Shown: in pieces, positions 37,774 through 47,521 of the stretch
Numbering within the stretch: position 1 is the first letter of the stretch
Layout of the letters: each line of letters begins with the position of its first letter
IMG/VR virus record: IMGVR_UViG_3300050821_005389
Location: 1 to 64,000 of that record
Length of the DNA: 64,000 bases
Source of the DNA: a virus
Reading direction: 5' to 3' (one strand)
Translations under genes and position numbers: made by a program
Notes under the pieces: model-generated
The model's input: only the letters and a program-made list of their open reading frames with translations
What the model was told of the DNA's origin: nothing
Database searches by the model: none

Positions 37774-40700
37774 TGGCGCCTAATTTACTTCAGAACGCAG
37801 GCGCACAGCCGAACAAGCAACCGAAATATGTTCCGATTTTTATCGATCGGGCGTTTACCGGCATCTGGACGCAGCGTTCTGTACTTCACGATCCCTCGGA
37901 TATTGCGACGGCCCACTTTTATGGCGGTAGGCCGGATGCTCTTTGGCAAGGTTCAAACGTAGAGTTAACTAACAGATTGACGCTGCAACGCCGTCCCGGA
38001 TTGACTCCTTTTTCCGCCGCGACTTATCCGACGCCTCCGCAACGAGCTTTTGCGTTTGAATTAACCAACGGAACGATTCGGGTAATTATCGATACAGGTC
38101 CGAGTCCGGTATTTAATCTGTCATCAGTAAACGCGATTAGCGGTGCGGCGTATTATATCTTTACGTCGCCCGTGACATGCGCGGCGAATAATGCTTACGT
38201 CGGATTGATTTTTAACATCACCGGATTTGACCAGACGACTAATAACGGCGCATTCACTTGTACCGCTTCGACAAGTAGTTATTTACTTCTTTCGAATGCC
38301 TCGGCTATTAACGATACTTCGGCGGCGACCGCGGTAACTTCCGGTGGAGTTTATTGGGATACACAAGTCGGCGGTATTAGTTATCTGCTGTTTGCTAAAT
38401 CGGCTGATGCGGGTCAGACCGGATTTGTTTCCGTCGCTGGTACGCTTTATATGGGTGACGGCGTTGATACTAGGAAGTATACGCCGCTTAATAACAACGG
38501 TACGATTGCTAATAGTGTTGCCGGTCAAGGATCGATTTGGAATTATAGTATTGCCGCGCCGACTAGCCAGCCGGCTGTCACTATAGTAGAGTCCGGTGCA
38601 TCCGCTGTCCCTTGGGAGTCGTCGACATTTTACTCGACGATGGGCCTGTTAGTTGACAGTAACGGTAACATTGAGTACCTAACCGGTATTAATAATTCCG
38701 GAACCAATACTACTCAGTTCGGAACGACTGGCCAAGGGCAACCGCAGTGGAGTAGCGTTACTGGTAACCCGCCTGCGTCTGGTGAAGACGGTAGTTGTAA
38801 CTGGCTTTGCGCCGGGTCGTTATCTTTGTGGCAATCACAGACTGCCTACACCACCGGCGCTTGTATCTACGTTCCTGGTGTTGGCGGAACACCGCTGCCC
38901 GCTTTTTCAGAAACCAACGGGAATAATACCGGTGTCGGAGTTAATTGTCCTGGTACAACCGGTGGCGGTATTTGGCAAGCGTTTCCACACGGTGGTACTT
39001 CTGGATCGTCGACTCCTAAGTGGAGTCCGATTTCTAATACTCATACCGACGATTTTAATGGTACTGGTTCGAATGATATCGAGTGGCAATATCTCGGTCC
39101 GGCTATTCTATGGCAGCCTAACCACATTTATAACTCGTGGTGGGAACATCTCCAGATGTGCGTCGTTGAGCCATCTTTGCCTAATTTAGCTCTTCTTGAA
39201 GCTGGAACTCAGACGATTTTCGTTCAAACAAATAATAATCAATCTACTGGCAGTGTCAACGTTCAAGGAACTTCTGGATCCGGATATACTCCGCCGTGGC
39301 CTCTAGCAGCCAATACTAGCCCTAGTTCAGTAGGTCAAACTACGGGCGACGGCGATTTACAGTGGATTTGTCTCGGTTGGGGAACTTGGAAAGTTGACAC
39401 CGAATACGTTGCGTGGACCGCTGGCGCCAGCCAATTTAGTGCTATTAAAGACGGTAACAACAATTTTCAAGTTTGTCTTCAGGGTGGATTGTCTGGAATC
39501 AACATTGCTGCTACGCCTTATAACGGTTGGTTGCCTTCGCATGTTTATGCTACTAGCGCATTGATCGCGGTTAAGAGTACGGGTGGTTATTATCAATTTT
39601 CTGTATTGTTTGGCGGAGGAACTAGTAGTAGATCTACCGAACCGGTTTGGAATTTTACTACAGGTAATAACACGCATGACGGCAGCATAACTTGGCGATG
39701 CAACGGCCCGTTGCCGGCCAGTCAAGCGGTTTGGGGAACTACGTATGGTGCTCAGACACGAGATAACGAAGTTATTTGGACGTGTGTTGGCTCGGCAGTA
39801 GATTCTACCTGGACAGCTAGTACTCAGTGGTATTTTCCGGCCAGCGGTTTTGCTGCACCTACGTCCTCACAGGCTTACGGTGGTGCGGAAGTCATCGCAA
39901 ACGGCGATGTTCAAATTGTAATTGATTCCGGATTATCTGGATCGGCTACGCCGCATTGGGGGGCTATTGGTACTACCACGCAAGACGGTTTTGCTGTTTG
40001 GTATACCAATTCAGTTGTAAGTCCGAATTCGTTAGCGTGGCAAGTCGGATATGTTTACGCATATTCTTATAAAGCCCGCTCGTTAGACGATTATTATTCT
40101 ACACCGAGTTACGTTTATACAGGACCCGGACAGAGTACTTTCCAGATTCCGATTCCTCCGGGATTGAAATCAGCGTTACCGCCGCCATCAGGCTCGGAGA
40201 CGGAAGGTATTTCTACCGCCTCGCCGGTGTTTACAATCACAGGCGTGAATGCTGGCGCGGTTAACTATGTTACGGTTACAGGTTCTTTAGATCCGCAAGT
40301 TGACACGATTGTTATTTGGCGGTCTGCTGACGGGGGCGGACCGAGTAACATGTTCGAGTTGACCGAGATACCTAACCCAAAGCCAGTCAACGGGGCGCCG
40401 GGTGTAGCAACTTTTGCAGATTATTTACCAGATGTGGCTACTCTTTCGGCGACAGGGGTATTGTATCCTGGACTTGATGAAGAAATACCCGCTCCAATTG
40501 ACGGTATAAACAATCCCCCGTTAAGCAATTTTATTCCTATGACGTATAATTTTCAGCGGATATGGGGTGCGGCTGGGCAAGAAGTTCTTTGGAGTGGTGG
40601 TCCCGATACGTTGACAGGCACCCCGAATGAAGCTTACAACGTGTCGGATAATTTCAGTTACCTCGCGAACGTAACTAGAATAGTTAAGAATTCGCAAGGC

Positions 40701-41591
40701 CAAGTAGTTTTTTTAACCGACAGCGTAGAATTTATTGCGGGCGGCCCATCGACTCAATCATTTTTTTCTATAACGCTAGCCCCTGGAATAGGCTTAAATA
40801 ACTTTAACGCCGTCGATGTTTATGCTGGAGATCTGGTCTTCTTTTCATCTGATTCACAGTTGAAAAGCATTAACCCCTCTTTGCAATTGGCTAATATGGG
40901 TTTTCCGATCGGAGATCAGTTAGCTCTACTAGATTCGTCCGAAGTTGGCGTGGCGTATCACCAAAACGGAATCGATAATGCAATTTACGTAAGCGATAAC
41001 GATACCGGTTGGTGGCGTGTAAATCCTAGACAAATTCCGGGCGGCCTCAACGGCCCCGAGCCCGTCTGGAGCACTTTTTCCGCGATCACGGGCGGGGCGG
41101 GTATGGTTCAATCTGTTGAAACAACTCCCGGTATTAAGCAACTTTTAGTGGGTGGTACGGGGTGTAATCAACAAATATTGGTTAGGAATTTAAACGTATT
41201 TACCGATTATGTAAATGGGGTACAAACCCCTTACGATGCTTATTTTGTTATGGGTAGTGTGGTTTTAGCGCATCCCGGCCAATTGGCTATTTTACGTTTT
41301 ATTGAAATGGATTGTAGTGGCGTAAATTATCAACCTGTTGTTTCGGTTCTATTGAATGAGATTTCGGGAAATTTCCAAGTGCTCCCAACGACAGATGTTT
41401 TTGATCCGCCTAGCTTGTATGGTACTACAATCTCTCCTACGAGTTATTCTCCCCAAAGGTGGTATTTTGCGTCGACCGGTAGTTTAGCTCGCGCACGTCA
41501 TATACAAATAAAATGCGATCTAGGAACCACGAGTAATGGGGATGAAGTCTTGTCGCTAACAATTTACGGACGACTTATGGTAGAATTATAA
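37773..41591 (+). CDS. Tail nozzle / tubular protein B-like with inserted Trp-rich repeats
   Basis: N-terminal FTG.......NVEL...TLQRRPG; central PxW...G.T.DG...W.C.G repeats. Confidence 0.6.
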   Translation: MAPNLLQNAGAQPNKQPKYVPIFIDRAFTGIWTQRSVLHDPSDIATAHFYGGRPDALWQGSNVELTNRLTLQRRPGLTPFSAATYPTPPQRAFAFELTNGTIRVIIDTGPSPVFNLSSVNAISGAAYYIFTSPVTCAANNAYVGLIFNITGFDQTTNNGAFTCTASTSSYLLLSNASAINDTSAATAVTSGGVYWDTQVGGISYLLFAKSADAGQTGFVSVAGTLYMGDGVDTRKYTPLNNNGTIANSVAGQGSIWNYSIAAPTSQPAVTIVESGASAVPWESSTFYSTMGLLVDSNGNIEYLTGINNSGTNTTQFGTTGQGQPQWSSVTGNPPASGEDGSCNWLCAGSLSLWQSQTAYTTGACIYVPGVGGTPLPAFSETNGNNTGVGVNCPGTTGGGIWQAFPHGGTSGSSTPKWSPISNTHTDDFNGTGSNDIEWQYLGPAILWQPNHIYNSWWEHLQMCVVEPSLPNLALLEAGTQTIFVQTNNNQSTGSVNVQGTSGSGYTPPWPLAANTSPSSVGQTTGDGDLQWICLGWGTWKVDTEYVAWTAGASQFSAIKDGNNNFQVCLQGGLSGINIAATPYNGWLPSHVYATSALIAVKSTGGYYQFSVLFGGGTSSRSTEPVWNFTTGNNTHDGSITWRCNGPLPASQAVWGTTYGAQTRDNEVIWTCVGSAVDSTWTASTQWYFPASGFAAPTSSQAYGGAEVIANGDVQIVIDSGLSGSATPHWGAIGTTTQDGFAVWYTNSVVSPNSLAWQVGYVYAYSYKARSLDDYYSTPSYVYTGPGQSTFQIPIPPGLKSALPPPSGSETEGISTASPVFTITGVNAGAVNYVTVTGSLDPQVDTIVIWRSADGGGPSNMFELTEIPNPKPVNGAPGVATFADYLPDVATLSATGVLYPGLDEEIPAPIDGINNPPLSNFIPMTYNFQRIWGAAGQEVLWSGGPDTLTGTPNEAYNVSDNFSYLANVTRIVKNSQGQVVFLTDSVEFIAGGPSTQSFFSITLAPGIGLNNFNAVDVYAGDLVFFSSDSQLKSINPSLQLANMGFPIGDQLALLDSSEVGVAYHQNGIDNAIYVSDNDTGWWRVNPRQIPGGLNGPEPVWSTFSAITGGAGMVQSVETTPGIKQLLVGGTGCNQQILVRNLNVFTDYVNGVQTPYDAYFVMGSVVLAHPGQLAILRFIEMDCSGVNYQPVVSVLLNEISGNFQVLPTTDVFDPPSLYGTTISPTSYSPQRWYFASTGSLARARHIQIKCDLGTTSNGDEVLSLTIYGRLMVEL

Positions 41592-41607
41592 AGTTGTGGC
41601 TAACAAA

Positions 41608-41653
41608 TAGGGGGGTGCCAGTTACACCCCTCTAATCCTTTAACTGGAAGGAT
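41608..41653 (+). promoter_or_regulatory. Kissing-loop leader, copy 6
   Basis: TAGGGGGGTG-[CCAGTTA]-CACCCCTCTA ATCCTT-[TAACTGG]-AAGGAT; TGGTAGAAT extended -10 at ~41578. Confidence 0.85.
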
Positions 41654-41658
41654 TTTTT

Positions 41659-42549
41659 ATGTACGAAATAGGTAGTATTGTTGAAAAAGAACTTTTTCTT
41701 AGGTCACGAGATAATCCTCGGTCTACACAGATGTGGCGAGCTTATATTTCGTTTTTAGAAAATTGCCCTTATTTAGAAACTTGGACACCTAATTCTGTAG
41801 TTCATCATATACTTTGGCGAGCCGAATACCCCCAGTTTGTTAAATCGAAATGGAATTTGATTCGACTGTCTCATGATGATCATACTGCCGCCGCAGCTCT
41901 GATGTTAGGGGCGGAACCTAAAAATAGAGGGTTGTTGGACGGTTTTAAATTTACCTCCAAATTAACAGCCGGAATCCGCCCGAGTTGGCAACCTAAAAAT
42001 CCTCGGCGTGTAATTAGATTATACACAAAAGAACGTTGGTCAGCCGCGCGGATAGGATGTAAATTTAAAGTTGGTATATATCGGGTAATTCATTTTCTTA
42101 GAAGAAATAAAATAGAGATATCTTCTAGAAATCACGGACGAAGCCTGCTCTTTAGATTTTCTAAAAAAGAAATAAAGCAGATGATTCGCATGTATTTAAG
42201 AGAATTAAAAACATCCGTGGTTATCGGAAAGAAATTTGGACTTTCTTCTAGTGGTGTTATGTCAATTCTTCGGCGAAACAATGTGCCCATCAGAGATCTT
42301 TCTATTAGTCACCAAAGCCATCAGTGGTTTGCTCAACAAACAAAAACAGCGATTCGTCTTTATACGAAAAAGTTTTGGGGAACCGAACGAATTGGTCGAT
42401 ATTTAAACATTCCCGAGGGCTGTGTTGCCGGGCATCTTATTCGTAACGGAATCAGGATTCGTACACAAAGCGAAGCGTCGAAATTAATAAAAATTCGTGT
42501 CAGAAAAGAAAAATCAAACCCCGGAAGAAGACAATTACGGGCTGCCTAG
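41659..42549 (+). CDS. HNH-type endonuclease with three C-terminal HTH-like repeats
   Basis: VHHIL...WNLIRLSHDDH; three repeats of IR.Y......IG.......V...L.RN.I.I. Confidence 0.7.
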   Translation: MYEIGSIVEKELFLRSRDNPRSTQMWRAYISFLENCPYLETWTPNSVVHHILWRAEYPQFVKSKWNLIRLSHDDHTAAAALMLGAEPKNRGLLDGFKFTSKLTAGIRPSWQPKNPRRVIRLYTKERWSAARIGCKFKVGIYRVIHFLRRNKIEISSRNHGRSLLFRFSKKEIKQMIRMYLRELKTSVVIGKKFGLSSSGVMSILRRNNVPIRDLSISHQSHQWFAQQTKTAIRLYTKKFWGTERIGRYLNIPEGCVAGHLIRNGIRIRTQSEASKLIKIRVRKEKSNPGRRQLRAA

Positions 42550-43903
42550 CAACTTCGTCCCGATCGACGCACCTCCAATAAACCCGAATCAACCTGTAGG
42601 AGCACCCCCACCGCCTTCTGGTGTCAACCCCTACGGTTCCGGTAGTCTACCCAGTAATCTCGGTTACCAACCGGCCTTGGTTAAAACGGGTTTTCCGGGT
42701 TCTTCAACTGGCCCGATCGACTTATTCCCGATTCAAAGTTTAGCGGCCGCGAATGCTAAATCACAAGGCGTAGCCGCTACTGTAGCGGCGCCAGCTATTA
42801 CTAATGCCGCCGCTGCTAATACGACGGCTAAAGCCGCCAACGTTACCGCCAATACCGCTAACACAACGGCTAATACAGCTAACACGAACGCCACGACAGC
42901 CGTAACCGGCGTTAGCACTATCAACAGTCAGACGGCTGTAGCCATAGTATCCGGCGTTCTTCAACAGATTCCTATATCGACTTTAGGAAGCACGACGACA
43001 ACCCCTAACTTAGATAATTTAAACGACGGATCAACGTATAAACGCGTCTCGGCCACGGCACTGACTAATCACCTTGTAGACAGTACGCAAGCTGGTTTTA
43101 AATGCCAAGCCGGCAGCGTCGTGCCTCAAATCGTCGGAGGTTCGGCGTCCTTTTTTACTTATACTAGCACAACTTCGTCGATAGATATTTCTTGGTCGAA
43201 TGAACCAGTTTTGTACGGTGATACTACTTCGAGTACTATCGTAGGCAGTTCCCAAAACGTTACGGGTTTATCAGCTAGCACGACCTATTACTTTTATGCT
43301 TATTCATTCGGATCCTCGGTGACTTTTGTTCAAGTTTCAGGCGGCACAGGAACACCGGCGATGCTTTATACTCCGCAAAGTCCTACGGCTGCTCAGGCAT
43401 TAAATAACCAGGCTGTCATCGCGTTGTCAAATGGTGGAGTCGCGAGTACAACGCCTAGTAGTGGTTCTGGTGGAGGATCCGGTGGCGGTTCTGGATTATG
43501 TGTCCGAGACAACACGATTGTTCTACATAGAGAAAAAGGCGAGATTCCGCTTCTAGATTGTCAGATTGGCGATTTCATAATGGGTCGCACCGCCTGGACC
43601 GAGATCGTTGCGATGCAGGTTTTACCGATGGATGAGTTTGTTCGCATCACGGTTGAAGGGGAATCGGTTTCTATTACGCCAACGCATCACACAACGACAG
43701 CCGATGAACGAAGTGTCGCTGGTAAAGATTTGACTTTGAAAGACTATCTGATTCGTAGAAAAGGGTACTCAAAGATCAAAACTCTAGAATTGGTTGAAGA
43801 AGAAGGTAGAAAGATAACTGTGACTTGTCTTCCGGAGCACGAATATTTCGCAGGCGAGGTTCATCCGACTATCCTAGTACATAATTCGGTTCCATTATCG
43901 TGA
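42497..43903 (+). CDS. Virion-region protein with C-terminal Hint domain
   Basis: Ala/Asn/Thr stalk and Gly linker, then CVRDNT.V...G......CQIGD...ITPTH...EYFAG....LVHN-SVPLS. Confidence 0.8.
   Translation: MSEKKNQTPEEDNYGLPSNFVPIDAPPINPNQPVGAPPPPSGVNPYGSGSLPSNLGYQPALVKTGFPGSSTGPIDLFPIQSLAAANAKSQGVAATVAAPAITNAAAANTTAKAANVTANTANTTANTANTNATTAVTGVSTINSQTAVAIVSGVLQQIPISTLGSTTTTPNLDNLNDGSTYKRVSATALTNHLVDSTQAGFKCQAGSVVPQIVGGSASFFTYTSTTSSIDISWSNEPVLYGDTTSSTIVGSSQNVTGLSASTTYYFYAYSFGSSVTFVQVSGGTGTPAMLYTPQSPTAAQALNNQAVIALSNGGVASTTPSSGSGGGSGGGSGLCVRDNTIVLHREKGEIPLLDCQIGDFIMGRTAWTEIVAMQVLPMDEFVRITVEGESVSITPTHHTTTADERSVAGKDLTLKDYLIRRKGYSKIKTLELVEEEGRKITVTCLPEHEYFAGEVHPTILVHNSVPLS
43499..43885 (+). other. 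Hint (intein-like) domain, 129 aa, no endonuclease
   Basis: Starts with Cys, contains TxxH block B, ends His-Asn followed by Ser. Confidence 0.8.
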
Positions 43904-44208
43904 AAAATATCCATCATTTGACAAAAGAAGTTTGTTTAAAGCATCTTAAAAACTATCGCCAGTCCGCTTATCTCGATCTGCCTGACGGCACTGTTATCAT
44001 AACTGGTACGATCGACTCTCATTACCGAAAGCTACTGGAGCAAGAGTCTGGTACCACTGCGATTCCTTTTGTTGGTTCTGGTGACCTAGTGCCATCGCAC
44101 GTAGTCAACTCTCTTCAACATCTCGGTGTTACTGAAACCGACGACACCATGAAAGCCGTTCTTAAAATCTGTAAAGTACACCCATCGTTTCATCCAAGCG
44201 AACTCTAA
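43900..44208 (+). CDS. Hypothetical protein
   Basis: GTGA coupling. Confidence 0.65.
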   Translation: MKNIHHLTKEVCLKHLKNYRQSAYLDLPDGTVIITGTIDSHYRKLLEQESGTTAIPFVGSGDLVPSHVVNSLQHLGVTETDDTMKAVLKICKVHPSFHPSEL

Positions 44209-44227
44209 CTAAAAATTCGGGAGGCTT

Positions 44228-44635
44228 ATGAAGTTTACATCTACTTTGTTAGATGATATGCCGCAAATCGCCCGTTGGATAGAGTTAGACCCGTTTCATT
44301 GTAATCGAGGAACTAAACCAGAATGGTGGATCACGGGAGCAGATTGTTACGTAGCATTTTGTATTGAAGATGATTCAGGCCCGGTAATATACGTCAGGCT
44401 GGAAGAAGACGAAGATTTAATCCGGTTACATTGCCAATTTGGGCCGGAAAACGAAGTTAGTAAGCGCCGGGTCGCCGTAGCGATTTCAGAAGCTTTGCCG
44501 GCCGTAGAAATAATGGCGAGACAGAAAGGCAGTACTGGTTTGATTTATGAAAGTTCGTCGCCTGGATTAATAAAGTTTTTAGAGAAACGCGGATATGTTC
44601 CCGCCGAAACAAATCAATTCGTAAAGATTTTTTAA
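44228..44635 (+). CDS. GNAT-fold-like protein (internal virion protein A position)
   Basis: GGAGG RBS; LHCQF...LIKFLEKRGY; sits ahead of the ejection genes. Confidence 0.5.
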   Translation: MKFTSTLLDDMPQIARWIELDPFHCNRGTKPEWWITGADCYVAFCIEDDSGPVIYVRLEEDEDLIRLHCQFGPENEVSKRRVAVAISEALPAVEIMARQKGSTGLIYESSSPGLIKFLEKRGYVPAETNQFVKIF

Positions 44636-44656
44636 AAGATTTTAGAGAGGTGTACC

Positions 44657-45346
44657 ATTTGCGGTCCTTCCGGAACACAAAGTTCCCTCGAGAAGCAGGA
44701 AGCTAATTTTTCGCAACTGTTGTCACAGGATTTTGGCAGCAGATTTGCTGGCCAAAATGAAACGTTAGCTTCTTTGGGAAATATTCTTCAAAACGTCCAA
44801 GAAGGTAAACTGGTTCCTGGTTTTAGCCCTCAGACACTGGCTGCGCTTAATACCTCGGCAATTGATACAACGGCAGGTAACTTTGCAAACGCTCAACGCG
44901 CTGCTAATAACGCTAATGCGGGCCGCGGTGGAAATAGCGGATTGCAGCCAGGGACAGTGGGCCAAGAGAACGCGACGATAGCCAGTGCGGGTGCATCGCA
45001 ACTATCCAATGAGCAGCAACAGATTCAACTGGCTAATCAAAATCAAGCCGAACAGAATACGCAGATGGCTATAGGCGGTGAATCTACCTTGGCCGGATTG
45101 CAAAATCCTCTAGGCTTTGCTGGTGCTACTACTCAATCACAAGGCCAAGCATTTAACGCCGCGACACAAATAAATCAAGAACAGAATCAGGAAGAAGCTG
45201 ATATTGCCGGTGGTATTGCAGGATTGGCTGGCGGCGTATTAGGCGGTCCTATCGGTGGAATGATAGGTAGTTCTATTGGTGGCTTGATGAATCCCGGTAC
45301 CAGTTCGGTTCTTCCTAGCGATAGTGGAGGCTTGATCGGTGCATAA
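44657..45346 (+). CDS. DNA ejection / internal virion protein (start possibly ATT 44657)
   Basis: Gln/Asn/Ala/Gly-rich with GGPIGGMIG glycine zipper; GAGAGG RBS before ATT-TGC-GGT. Confidence 0.65.
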   Translation: MCGPSGTQSSLEKQEANFSQLLSQDFGSRFAGQNETLASLGNILQNVQEGKLVPGFSPQTLAALNTSAIDTTAGNFANAQRAANNANAGRGGNSGLQPGTVGQENATIASAGASQLSNEQQQIQLANQNQAEQNTQMAIGGESTLAGLQNPLGFAGATTQSQGQAFNAATQINQEQNQEEADIAGGIAGLAGGVLGGPIGGMIGSSIGGLMNPGTSSVLPSDSGGLIGA

Positions 45347-45355
45347 GGAGCAAAG

Positions 45356-47521
45356 ATGGCGTTAGTACCCGATGCAGTTTTAGCAGGCGGACCGAGCGGT
45401 TTAGTCGGTCAACCAGACTCAGCTCCGACCGCGCCTAATCTTGCTGTACCAGATACTACTAACACCGGCGGCGCATCTTTATTGTCAGGATTGCCCCCCG
45501 CTCCGAAACCAGGCGGCATATCAGAGAGTCCTCAAGACCAATTTAGACGTTTAGTCGCCCAGAACGCTAATACCGCTATTAAAGGGGCATCGGATCCTTC
45601 AGCACCGTTTGCTTGGGCTAAAGCACTCGTCGGATCTGTAATTCCTTCGCTCGCAGGCACGGCATTGGGTGGACTCGGTGCCGCAGCAGATATAGGTCGC
45701 GTCCCGCCGGGAGCCGGCGCCCTTTACGGTATAAATAAAACAGTTGCCGGATTAAATGCGCAAAAAGCAGAACAACAGAAGCAAGCGGCGCAACAGAAAC
45801 AACAAGCTTTTGAAAACGATTATAAAACACAAGAACTTCAGTTAAGGAAAGATGCACAGCAAGCTCAACAAGCTGCTAATTTAGTCCAATCTCAAAAAGC
45901 CCTGCACGAATTGGATAAAGAAGCCCAAGACACTTTATTTACTGCTACTGCACCTTGGCGTGATGCTGCTGAAAAAGCCGGTCAACAGAAAATTCAAGAC
46001 GGTCTGACTTCCAACGACATTAATGAAATAAAAATGCAGCACGCTACGAAAGATGATCCGAACGGCACTAAATGGGCAATGGATCAGAATATTAAACAAA
46101 CAGGTTGGCAACCGATTACGAATGAAAACGGCGATCCTACAGGTCAGCGGCGAGCTACGTACTCGATATATACTTGGGGCGATCCGGTCCAGGTAAACGA
46201 CCAAATGTCTGCCGATGCTAAGAAATATCTAGATAAGGATCTTCCAAAAGGCACGATTCTCGATCCCAAAGATAGTCGAACAGTCGAGTTGCAAATCCAG
46301 AAAGCTCGAACCGACGAGATGGTTGGACTCGGTGCATTGGCCGCAGCAGGTAAACTACAAAACGAAATAGATACTTATAAGAAAAATTCTGATTTTAAGG
46401 CGGCGTCTGAGACATTGGTTCCTTGGCTGGTGGATGCGCACGGGGACTACGGCCTTGCGATGACGAGAATGCAAGATGCGGCTAATGAGAAAGATGCCGC
46501 TGGCCAGCTTACTACTCATGCTCAAGAGGTCCAGAAACAGTTCCTTCAAGTTCAACGCGGTTTAAGTCCAGAAATCGTTAAAACTGATATGGATTTATCA
46601 GAAAAGAAAGCTATCGAAGAAGTTAAAGCAAACGCTAAATCCGCTGCCGAAGGTAAAAAAACCGAGGCACAGGGTGATACAAATTTAACCGGTTTGGCTT
46701 ATTTAAATTCTATACAAGATCCTTCAGAGCGGAATCTTGTCAATCAGATCGGTAACGGACAGTTGCCCGTAAATCGAATCGAATATTTGCTTGCTAGAAA
46801 TCCTCGTATCCTTCAAGAAGTATCTTTAGCATTTCCAGATATTGACGCTGGTAAATTCCCCGGATATATCGCGGCGATTAAAGAATTCAATACAGGAAAA
46901 GCCGCGACTCAAATTAAAGCCATTAATACAGCTCTTCCTCACTTGGATCAACTATATACGGCTGTTGAAAACGGATTCGGTACGACCATTCCGGGTATAT
47001 CAAATGTTGAACGCGCCTTGGGCAACCAAAATGCAATTGACGTAAATAACCTTCGAACTATTGCATCGCAAGAATTAGCAAAAATTTACGCCACCGGTGC
47101 CGTAACCGATCAAGAACGGAAAGAATTTAATAATCAAATACAAGGTTTTCAGACACCGGCGGAATTAAAGGGTACTGTTTATGCGATGGTTAACGCTTTG
47201 ACTAAGCAAGTAGACTCTCTAGAAAATCAGTGGGAGACATCGCTGCCTAGTAAGCGGTTCCGTCCAGCACGGGCTATTATTGATCAAGATGCTCAGAAAG
47301 CTATGGCGGATATAGTCTCAAGACATAGTGGTGCTGGTCCGATGGCTCAAACGCCGGCTCAACAGCAGCAAGACTCGGTTCAGAGATTGAATAGTGCAGC
47401 CGGTCAACCAGCGGCGCATAAGATCGGTGATATAATTTTGCAAGCTGGTGTACCTTTTAAAGTTACTAGTGTAGACGCGAATGGCAAGGTCACAGGAGCC
47501 GATTTTAATGGGCCAAGATAG
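45356..47521 (+). CDS. Internal virion / ejection protein
   Basis: AAGGAG RBS; helical Q/A/K-rich; position. Confidence 0.65.
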   Translation: MALVPDAVLAGGPSGLVGQPDSAPTAPNLAVPDTTNTGGASLLSGLPPAPKPGGISESPQDQFRRLVAQNANTAIKGASDPSAPFAWAKALVGSVIPSLAGTALGGLGAAADIGRVPPGAGALYGINKTVAGLNAQKAEQQKQAAQQKQQAFENDYKTQELQLRKDAQQAQQAANLVQSQKALHELDKEAQDTLFTATAPWRDAAEKAGQQKIQDGLTSNDINEIKMQHATKDDPNGTKWAMDQNIKQTGWQPITNENGDPTGQRRATYSIYTWGDPVQVNDQMSADAKKYLDKDLPKGTILDPKDSRTVELQIQKARTDEMVGLGALAAAGKLQNEIDTYKKNSDFKAASETLVPWLVDAHGDYGLAMTRMQDAANEKDAAGQLTTHAQEVQKQFLQVQRGLSPEIVKTDMDLSEKKAIEEVKANAKSAAEGKKTEAQGDTNLTGLAYLNSIQDPSERNLVNQIGNGQLPVNRIEYLLARNPRILQEVSLAFPDIDAGKFPGYIAAIKEFNTGKAATQIKAINTALPHLDQLYTAVENGFGTTIPGISNVERALGNQNAIDVNNLRTIASQELAKIYATGAVTDQERKEFNNQIQGFQTPAELKGTVYAMVNALTKQVDSLENQWETSLPSKRFRPARAIIDQDAQKAMADIVSRHSGAGPMAQTPAQQQQDSVQRLNSAAGQPAAHKIGDIILQAGVPFKVTSVDANGKVTGADFNGPR

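Noticed and set aside
11191-42549. Nucleases as RNA-guided IscB/TnpB systems
   Set aside because: No RuvC motifs seen, and the associated RNA element is only about 45 nt and overlaps the RBS.
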